Of a DNA stretch of 64,000 bases, positions 57,398 through 64,000 are shown one piece after another. The stretch comes from an uncultured Actinomycetes bacterium (GTDB taxonomy: Bacteria; Actinomycetota; UBA4738; HRBIN12). The notes beneath the pieces are model-generated. The model had not been told where the DNA came from. It saw nothing but the letters and a program-made list of their open reading frames with translations, and did no database searches. Numbering within the stretch: position 1 is the stretch's first letter; each line of letters starts with the position of its first letter. A program made the position numbers and the translations under genes. The stretch covers positions 1,344,001 through 1,408,000 of the forward strand of contig OY969934.1 in NCBI GenBank assembly GCA_963704725.1. The letters run 5' to 3'.

Positions 57398-58156
57398 TCA
57401 GGGCCGGACGATCACGGGCGTGCCGAGCCGAAGGAGCGGCCGGAGCCTGGCCAGCGCCGCCTCCGAGACCCGGAGACACCCGGCGCTGGCCGACGTGCCG
57501 ATCGAGGAGGCGTCGTTGGTCCCGTGGATCGCGAGCTGGTCGCCGCCGGTCCACCCGGACGGCAGCCGGGGCTGGATCCCCGAGATGCCGAACGCGAACG
57601 TCCCGAGCGATCCGCCGCCCGGGAACGCGATGCGGTCGGTGACGAAATACCGGCCGGCGGGGGTGGGGGAGGCCGCCGCGCCGGTCGCCGCGGGCGTACG
57701 CAGGATGACCCGGCCCCCGCGTCGCACCGCGAGCCGGTGCGCGGACAGGTCCGCCACCACGGTGACCCGCGTCCCGGATCGCTCGAGCCCGCGAAGGCGG
57801 ATCCACCCGGAGACGTGCGTTGCGAGGTACGGCACGTCGACCAGCCCGAACCGCCCGTTCGCGCTCACCCGGCGGACCCACGCTACCGTCTGCGTGCCGT
57901 AGAAGCGGGAGCCGTCGGGCATCGTGCCGACGACCCGCCCGCCGTCCGGGCGGGCGGTGACGGGCAACGAGCGATCGATCTCGACGAGGAGGGCCGCCGG
58001 AACACGGCTCGCCGGAACGTGAGCCGGGGCGAGCGGCGGCACCGGTGGGTCGGCCAGGATCGCGGCCCGCGCCTCGGTGCCGCGGGTACCTGTGGCGATC
58101 GTCACCAGGGTGACGATCGCCACGATGGCGAGCCCCCGCTTCCGCGCCGGTCCCAT
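57398..58156 (-). CDS. L,D-transpeptidase (YkuD domain), exported
   Basis: Signal/TM; TG...PTP.GRY, IHGTN......S.SAGCLRV. Confidence 0.88.
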   Translation of the reverse strand: MGPARKRGLAIVAIVTLVTIATGTRGTEARAAILADPPVPPLAPAHVPASRVPAALLVEIDRSLPVTARPDGGRVVGTMPDGSRFYGTQTVAWVRRVSANGRFGLVDVPYLATHVSGWIRLRGLERSGTRVTVVADLSAHRLAVRRGGRVILRTPAATGAAASPTPAGRYFVTDRIAFPGGGSLGTFAFGISGIQPRLPSGWTGGDQLAIHGTNDASSIGTSASAGCLRVSEAALARLRPLLRLGTPVIVRP

Positions 58157-58277
58157 GCACGCGATATCGGCGCCTCGGGACGCAGGGCTGACCGGGTGGC
58201 GGCGCGTCTAGCCGAAGGTCCTCACCCGCGATCCCGGAAGGCCTCGACCCATCGGCCGACCCGGGCCGGGACCGAGG

Positions 58278-59459
58278 TCAGCGAAGGCAGGCGCCGGTGC
58301 CGACCGGGTCGGTCTCGCCGACGGCGTCGTCCAGGCGATCCCGCACGTCGCGAGCCGCTATCGCGTAGCCGACGTCCTCGTTCGTCGACGAGGCCGCGAA
58401 GACGACGCCGGCGACCGTGCCGTCCGCCAGCATGAACGGCCCTCCGGAGTTCCCCGGGCGGACCTCCGTCTGCAGCTCGATCACCAGACGGTCGACGTTC
58501 CCGGTCCCGTAGATGTCGTGCCCGAGGGCGGAGTACGAACGGAGCACGGCCGCGGGCGTGCCCGACAGTGGCCCGCCCCCGGGGTAGCCGAGGACCGCCC
58601 CGACCTCGCCCCGCTCGACGTCCCCCGAGGTGAGCACCAGGATGCGACCGATCGGCTGGCCCACGTGCACGACGGCCAGGTCCAGGTCGGGGTCGAAGAG
58701 CACGGTCGTCCCGTGCTGGGTCCCCCCGGCCGAGGTCTGCACGATCGGATCGTCCACGCCGGCCAGGACGTGCGCGTTCGTGACGACGTACCCGTCGGCG
58801 GCGACGAAGCCGGATCCCTCCTGCACGTGGCCGCAGGCCTCCCCCCAGATCTCCAGCGTGCTCCGGGCCGCGGCGTTGTAGGCGGCCTGCTCCTGCCGGT
58901 CGGTGGGCGGCGGGACGGGGGCGGCCGGCAGCGGCGGGATCCCCGAGAAGACGTCGGGGAAGCCGAACCGGTTGAAGAAGCGCCGGACCTGCCCGAGCAG
59001 CGAGGGCGGCTCGGGGAGCGCGTCGTCGAGCGTGCGCACGATCGCGGAGCCCCGGACCTCGCTGGCCAAGCCGGGGAAGGGGCCGTTGACCAGGTTCAGC
59101 GCGACGAACCAGATCGCCAGCAGCGAGGCCATCACCGCGACGACCGATCCCCCCACGGCGTCGGCGGGCGCGAACCGCGTGGCGCGCGCCCGCTCCCTGA
59201 TGCGATGGCCGAGGAACCATCCCGCCGTGTCGCCGACGGCCGCCAGGAGCAGGAGGGTCAGAGCGGTCAGGCCCGCCTGGGCGCCCGGCGAATCGGCCAG
59301 CCCCGCCACCCGCGGCGCGAGGAGCGCGCCGACGACGAGTCCCACGAGCAGACCGCCGAACGCGCACGCCTGCAGCATCACGCCGCGGCGGTAGCCGGAC
59401 ACGCCGGCGAGCGAGATCAGCAGGAACAGGGCCAGATCGAGCAGGTTCACGACCCGCAC
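58278..59459 (-). CDS. MarP-family membrane serine protease (CvpA-like TM + trypsin domain)
   Basis: N-terminal TMs NLLD..., EGSGF, VTNAHV, DLAV, PGNSGGP; terminal disulfide Cys. Confidence 0.9.
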   Translation of the reverse strand: MRVVNLLDLALFLLISLAGVSGYRRGVMLQACAFGGLLVGLVVGALLAPRVAGLADSPGAQAGLTALTLLLLAAVGDTAGWFLGHRIRERARATRFAPADAVGGSVVAVMASLLAIWFVALNLVNGPFPGLASEVRGSAIVRTLDDALPEPPSLLGQVRRFFNRFGFPDVFSGIPPLPAAPVPPPTDRQEQAAYNAAARSTLEIWGEACGHVQEGSGFVAADGYVVTNAHVLAGVDDPIVQTSAGGTQHGTTVLFDPDLDLAVVHVGQPIGRILVLTSGDVERGEVGAVLGYPGGGPLSGTPAAVLRSYSALGHDIYGTGNVDRLVIELQTEVRPGNSGGPFMLADGTVAGVVFAASSTNEDVGYAIAARDVRDRLDDAVGETDPVGTGACLR

Positions 59460-59530
59460 ATGGTCCCAAAGCGGCGACCCGTCGGCCGTGCCGGCTCCGG
59501 CGGCAGCCCTCCACTAGACTGGAAGCGGCC

Positions 59531-60334
59531 GTGGTCACGATCGCCCACATCTCGGACCCTCACGTCGGTTCCCCCTACTTCGTCCCCAACCTGATGCACC
59601 GCGTGATCGTCGAGCTGAACGAGCTGCAGCCCGACGTCGTGATCTGCAGCGGAGACCTGACCAACGAGGGGTATCGGCAGGAGTTCAAGAACTGGGTCGC
59701 GTACGCCCAGCGGATCCAGGCCCCCATGTTCACGGTCCCCGGCAACCACGACGCTCGCAACGTGGGCTACCTCCACTTCGAGGAGCTGATCGGCGCCCGC
59801 GCCTGGAGCACCGACGTCCAGGGTGTGCGCATCGTCGGCGTCGACTCCAGCGAGCCCGACATCAACGAGGGGCAGGTGGGCCGCGAGCGCTACGACTGGA
59901 TCCGGGAGCGCTTCGACGTCCCGGCGGACCTCAAGGTGTTCGTGCTGCACCACCACCTCCTGCCGATCCCGGGCACGGGCCGCGAGCGCAGCACGGTGAT
60001 GGACGCCGGCGATCTGCTGGAGGAGCTGATCTCGGCCGGGGTGAACATCGTGCTCTCCGGTCACAAGCACGTTCCGTACGTGTGGCGGCTCGAGGACCTG
60101 TACGTCGCGAACGCTGGGACCGTCGCCTCGCTCCGCGTCCGCGGCTACACCAAGCCGTGCTACAACGTGCTCGAGTTCGAGGGGGACCTGGTCAAGATCA
60201 CGCGGAAGTACCCGTTCGGCGCGGGGAGCGTGATCGCGCATTTCTCGCTGTCCACCGGCGAGCAGTTCTTCCGAGAGCTCGAGCCGCCGGTGCAGCCGCG
60301 GACCACGGTGTCGCAGGGGCATCAGGGGGAATAA
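59531..60334 (+). CDS. Calcineurin-like metallophosphoesterase (CpdA/Icc-like)
   Basis: ISDPH, SGDLT, PGNHD, LHHH, GHKH; TAGACT -10-like box upstream. Confidence 0.9.
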   Translation: MVTIAHISDPHVGSPYFVPNLMHRVIVELNELQPDVVICSGDLTNEGYRQEFKNWVAYAQRIQAPMFTVPGNHDARNVGYLHFEELIGARAWSTDVQGVRIVGVDSSEPDINEGQVGRERYDWIRERFDVPADLKVFVLHHHLLPIPGTGRERSTVMDAGDLLEELISAGVNIVLSGHKHVPYVWRLEDLYVANAGTVASLRVRGYTKPCYNVLEFEGDLVKITRKYPFGAGSVIAHFSLSTGEQFFRELEPPVQPRTTVSQGHQGE

Positions 60335-60407
60335 CCCGCCGGACGATCGAGCCACCGCACCGGATCGATAGGTCCACCCACCCAGGAATCGGCACCCAGG
60401 AGGCGTC

Positions 60408-61745
60408 GTGAGGGTCCTCGTCCTCGTGGACGGCGAGCACTATCCACCCGTCACCCGGTGGGGGATCGAGGTCGCCCGAGGACGGGGCCTCGACCCCGTC
60501 GCCGCGCTGCTGGTCGGCGGCGTCGAGAAGCTGCGGCCGGGGGAGGCGCTCGACCTGGGAACCCCGGTCCGGATCGCGGGCGAGGACGTCGCCGCCTCCC
60601 TCGCCGCGGCAATCGAGGACCTGGCGCCGGAGGGTCTGCAGGGCGTGCTCGATCTGTCCGACGAGCCCGTCCTGGGCTATCGGGAGCGGATGGAGCTGGC
60701 CGCCGTGACCCTGATCCGGGGGTTGCCGTACGTCGGCGCCGACTTCCGGCTCGACCCACCGATCGATGGCCCGCCGCTCGAGGTGCCGGCGCTCGCGGTG
60801 ATCGGGACCGGCAAGCGAACGGGCAAGACCGCCATCGCCGGCGAGGTCGCCCGGACCGCGGTGGCGATGGGAGCCCGTCCCGTCGTCGTGGCCATGGGCC
60901 GGGGCGGTCCGCTCGAGCCGCAGATCGCGCAGGCCGGCAGTGTCACGCTCGATCGGTTGCTCGAGCTGGTCCGCAGCGGAGAGCACGCGGCGTCGGACTA
61001 CCTCGAGGACGCGGTGACGACCGGCGTGACGACCGTCGGGGCCCGGCGTGCCGGCGGAGGGCTGGCCGGCCGGCCGGCCGCCACCAACCTCCGGGAGGCC
61101 GCCGAGCTCGCGACGGGTCTCGGCGCCGGGATCGTGATCCTGGAGGGGAGCGGCTCCGCGATCCCCCCGGTCCCCTGGGACGCCGGCGTGCTGGTTGCGC
61201 CCGCCTCGCTCCCCGTCGAGTACCTGGGGGGATACCTGGGACCGTTCCGACTCTTGCTATCCAACCTGGTCGTTGTTACCATGGGTGCCAGCCCAGCCGG
61301 GCTCGAGAACCTCCCTGTCTTCAGATCCCTCGTCCAGCGACTGCATGGTGATGCCCGGCTCATCGTGACGGATCTCCATCCACAGCCGCTCGGCGATGTC
61401 GAGGGCAAGGACGTGTTCTTCACCACGACGGCGCCGGGGCCGGTCGCGAAGAGGCAGGCCGGGTCCCTGGAACGGAACCACGGCTGCCGTGTGGTGGGGT
61501 GGAGCGCTCGTCTTGCCGACCGGGCGGGGCTGGCGCGAGACCTGGACGGCGCCGGAGGGTACGAGGTGCTGCTCACCGAGTTGAAGGCGGCCGCGGTGGA
61601 CGTGGCCTGCGAGCGGGCCCTCGCGCGGGGCGCGGAGGTCGTGTTCGTCGACAACCGGCCCGTCCCGATGGAGGGCGAACCCGATCTCGGGTCCGCGCTG
61701 AGGGAGACGATCGAGCTGGCCGTGGAGCGGAAAGCCGACAGATGA
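60408..61745 (+). CDS. cpgS: Cyclic 2,3-diphosphoglycerate synthetase (cDPGS)
   Basis: DGEHYPPV, GGVEKL, DLSDEPV, GADF, GTGKRTGKTA, AMGRGGP, HAASDYLED, RRAGGGLAG, EGSGSAIPP, TELKAAAVD, FVDN; AGGAGG RBS. Confidence 0.9.
   Translation: MRVLVLVDGEHYPPVTRWGIEVARGRGLDPVAALLVGGVEKLRPGEALDLGTPVRIAGEDVAASLAAAIEDLAPEGLQGVLDLSDEPVLGYRERMELAAVTLIRGLPYVGADFRLDPPIDGPPLEVPALAVIGTGKRTGKTAIAGEVARTAVAMGARPVVVAMGRGGPLEPQIAQAGSVTLDRLLELVRSGEHAASDYLEDAVTTGVTTVGARRAGGGLAGRPAATNLREAAELATGLGAGIVILEGSGSAIPPVPWDAGVLVAPASLPVEYLGGYLGPFRLLLSNLVVVTMGASPAGLENLPVFRSLVQRLHGDARLIVTDLHPQPLGDVEGKDVFFTTTAPGPVAKRQAGSLERNHGCRVVGWSARLADRAGLARDLDGAGGYEVLLTELKAAAVDVACERALARGAEVVFVDNRPVPMEGEPDLGSALRETIELAVERKADR
61254..61282 (+). 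promoter_or_regulatory. Putative internal sigma-70 promoter inside cpgS
   Basis: TTGCTA-N17-TACCAT with extended -10 TGn, in a locally AT-enriched patch. Confidence 0.55.
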
Positions 61746-62755
61746 CGCCAGACACCGGTACCCCTTCCCGATCCGGGACGGGGCCCGACACCGGTTCCGA
61801 GAGCAGGAACGAGCCTCGGAGCCCGCGCATCCTCATCCACGACGGTCCGTCCGGACTGCCGTACTCGAAGGGTCTGCGAGCGTCCGAGGTCATGGTGACC
61901 GGTCTGTCGCCATATCGCGCCTACCAGGTCGCCGAGGCCGTGGAGCAGCGGCTGCTCGAGCGGGGCGCGGCCTCCGCGACGAGCGAGGAGCTGGGTGACC
62001 TGACCCTCGAGGTCATCGAGGAGCTGGCCGGCGAGCGGTACGCCGACAACTACCGGCGGTGGCGGGAGGTGGAGGCGCTCGACGTCCCGATGGTCGTCCT
62101 GATCGGCGGGGCGACGGGGGTCGGGAAGTCGACCATCGCCACCCAGCTCGCGACGCGACTGGGGATCGTCCGGGTCGTCGCCACCGACGCGGTTCGAGAG
62201 GTCCTGCGCGCCGTCTTCTCCCGGGAGCTCATGCCGACCCTGCACACGTCGTCGTTCGAGGCGGGGGAGGTGCTGCGGGAGCCGCCATCGCGCGACGCGG
62301 TGGTGGTGGGGTTCCGCGAGCAGACGGCCGCCGTCGCGGTCGGCGTGAACGCGCTCCTGGATCGCGCAGCGATGGAGGGGACGAGCCTCATCATCGAGGG
62401 CGCGCATATCGTCCCGGGGTTCCTCGAGGCGAGCGCCTGGGAAGACCGCGTGCTGGCGGTGCCGGTGATCCTCACCGTGGACGAGGAGGATGCGCATCGC
62501 AGTCACTTCGCGGCTCGCGCGGCCGATCACGCGGGCCGATCCGCCTCCCGGTACCTCGAGCAGTTCGACCACATCCGGCGGGTGCAGCGCTACATCAAGA
62601 ACCAGGCGCTCTCGCACGGCGTGCCGGTCATCTCCAACTTCAACTTCGACCGCACCCTGGCGGCCGTCATCGACCTCGTGATGGAGCGCGCGACCGGGCG
62701 GATCGCGGGTCACCGCCCGCGCGTCGGATCCGCGACCGAAGGAGGGACCCCGTGA
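61742..62755 (+). CDS. pgk2: 2-phosphoglycerate kinase (archaeal type, ATP-cone + P-loop)
   Basis: LPYSKG ATP-cone, YRRWR, LIGGATGVGKSTIA, TDAVRE, LHTSSF, IIEGAHIVPG, HRSHF; ATGA overlap with cpgS. Confidence 0.88.
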   Translation: MTPDTGTPSRSGTGPDTGSESRNEPRSPRILIHDGPSGLPYSKGLRASEVMVTGLSPYRAYQVAEAVEQRLLERGAASATSEELGDLTLEVIEELAGERYADNYRRWREVEALDVPMVVLIGGATGVGKSTIATQLATRLGIVRVVATDAVREVLRAVFSRELMPTLHTSSFEAGEVLREPPSRDAVVVGFREQTAAVAVGVNALLDRAAMEGTSLIIEGAHIVPGFLEASAWEDRVLAVPVILTVDEEDAHRSHFAARAADHAGRSASRYLEQFDHIRRVQRYIKNQALSHGVPVISNFNFDRTLAAVIDLVMERATGRIAGHRPRVGSATEGGTP

Positions 62756-63414
62756 AGCTGTTCCTGGACACCGCGAACATCGAGGAGATCCGAGAGATCA
62801 ACCGATGGGGCGTGCTGCGTGGCGTGACCACGAACCCGTCGCTGATCTTCAAGGAGAAGCTGGACCCGGAGCGGGTATGGAAGGAGATCCTGGCCGAGGT
62901 CGACGGCGACGTGTCGCTCGAGACCACCGAGCCCGAGCCGGGCCCGATGTACGAGGAGGGGCTCCGGCTGGCCCAGATGGCCCCGAACGCCGTCGTGAAG
63001 GTCCCCATGACGGAGGCCGGGCTCGAGGCCGGCAAGCGCCTCGTCGACGACGGGATCCGGATCAACGTGACGCTCGTGTTCTCCCCGGCCCAGGCGATCC
63101 TGGTGGCCGAGGTGGGCGCGTACATCGTGTCCCCGTTCCTGGGGCGACTGGACGACGCCGCGGCAGACGGGATGGACGTCCTTCGGAAGATCTGCGAGAT
63201 CTACGAGGTTCAGGGGTATGAGACCAACGTGCTGGCCGCGTCCCTGCGGCATCCCATGCACGTCGTCGAATCCGCGCTCGCCGGGGCCGACATCGCCACG
63301 ATGCCGTATGCGGTCTTCAAGCAACTGGTCAAGCACCCGCTCACCGACGTTGGAAACGAGAAGTTCCTCCGGGACTGGACGTCCCTCAAGGAGGAGCTGG
63401 AGAAGGGAGCCTGA
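62752..63414 (+). CDS. tal: Transaldolase / fructose-6-phosphate aldolase (short type)
   Basis: LFLDTAN, GVTTNPSL, VVKVPMT, NVTLVFS, SPFLGRLDD, AASLRHP, HPLTD.G..F..DW; GTGA overlap. Confidence 0.92.
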   Translation: MKLFLDTANIEEIREINRWGVLRGVTTNPSLIFKEKLDPERVWKEILAEVDGDVSLETTEPEPGPMYEEGLRLAQMAPNAVVKVPMTEAGLEAGKRLVDDGIRINVTLVFSPAQAILVAEVGAYIVSPFLGRLDDAAADGMDVLRKICEIYEVQGYETNVLAASLRHPMHVVESALAGADIATMPYAVFKQLVKHPLTDVGNEKFLRDWTSLKEELEKGA

Positions 63415-64000
63415 GTGGCAACCATGGAGAAGAGCGCCCTCGAGGGCAAGGTCGCGTCCGAGCTGCACCAGATCGCGTCCGACCTCGGGATCGAGGGGCA
63501 CAAGGGGCTCAAGAAGGCCGATCTGATCGATCGCATCCTGACGCACGCCAACGGCGCGCGGTCGGGCGGCGTCGCGACGGCGCCGGCCCCGGCCCCCGCG
63601 CCGGAGTTGACGGCCGGCCCGGCCGAGGAACGTCGGGCCGCCGGCAACGGCGAGGCACGCATCGACATGCGCCCCGCCCCAGGCAACGGAGAAGGCAGCT
63701 CGCAGGAGCGTCGGGACGACCGTCCGCCGCGCGACCGGTTCGAGCCCCGCGGGGGCGATCGGACGAACGTGCGCGAGGGTGGTCCTGTTCGCGACCGTGA
63801 GGGGGGTCCTCCCCGCGGCCGCGAGGGCGGGCAGCAGCGCGAGGGCGGTCCTCCCCGCGACCGCGAGGGCGGGCAGCAGCGCGAGGGCGGTCCTGCCCGC
63901 GACCGCGACGCGAGCCGTCGCCGGCCGTCCCGGGAGGAGCGCCGCCGACAGCGGGAAGAGCGCCGGGTTCGCGAGTTCGAGGTCCGCGAGGAGGAGCTCG
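63415..64000 (+). CDS. rho: Transcription termination factor Rho, N-terminal part (truncated by window)
   Basis: MEKSALEGKVASELHQIASDLGIEGHKGLKKADLIDRIL (Rho N-terminal helical domain) followed by an R/E/G-rich insertion; synteny with the thr genes; start GTG 63415 or ATG 63424. Confidence 0.85.
   Translation, partial: MATMEKSALEGKVASELHQIASDLGIEGHKGLKKADLIDRILTHANGARSGGVATAPAPAPAPELTAGPAEERRAAGNGEARIDMRPAPGNGEGSSQERRDDRPPRDRFEPRGGDRTNVREGGPVRDREGGPPRGREGGQQREGGPPRDREGGQQREGGPARDRDASRRRPSREERRRQREERRVREFEVREEEL
63805..63908 (+). repeat. 42-bp in-frame tandem repeat (~2.5 copies) in the Rho N-terminal insertion
   Basis: ggtcctccccgcg(g/a)ccgcgagggcgggcagcagcgcgagggc twice plus a partial copy. 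Confidence 0.8.

Noticed and set aside
60370-60401. CACCCAGGA direct repeat upstream of cpgS
   Set aside because: Only two 9-bp copies, one forming part of the RBS; insufficient to call a binding site.
63805-63908. Direct repeats as a possible CRISPR array
   Set aside because: Tandem, in frame, without unique spacers and with no cas genes; a coding repeat within rho.

Overview
A very GC-rich, gene-dense core-chromosome segment of an Actinomycetota bacterium, probably a deep-branching or uncultured lineage. Lineage markers include UPF0182, SigH/SigR with an RsrA-type anti-sigma factor, the proteasome activator Bpa (C-terminal GQYL), a mycothiol-type MDMPI, UdgB, MarP and the tRNA-Arg/argS-lysA-hom-thrC-thrB...rho block. 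It holds about 60 CDS and two tRNAs (initiator Met-CAT, Arg-CCG). I found no integrase, transposase, CRISPR array or rRNA. The main highlight is an archaeal-type cyclic 2,3-diphosphoglycerate (cDPG) pathway: cDPG synthetase and 2-phosphoglycerate kinase, translationally coupled to transaldolase and rho. Directly upstream is a metallophosphoesterase that is a candidate cDPG hydrolase, and a strong sigma-70-type promoter lies inside the cDPG synthetase gene. Other notable items are a LysA-GNAT fusion, a CysRS-tail/GT2 fusion, a uORF overlapping the sigH start, a small Zn-finger-like gene after the anti-sigma factor, a frameshifted DUF2330 gene, shared ECF promoter motifs and many apparently leaderless genes. 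All calls rest on motif recognition by eye; no database searches were run.
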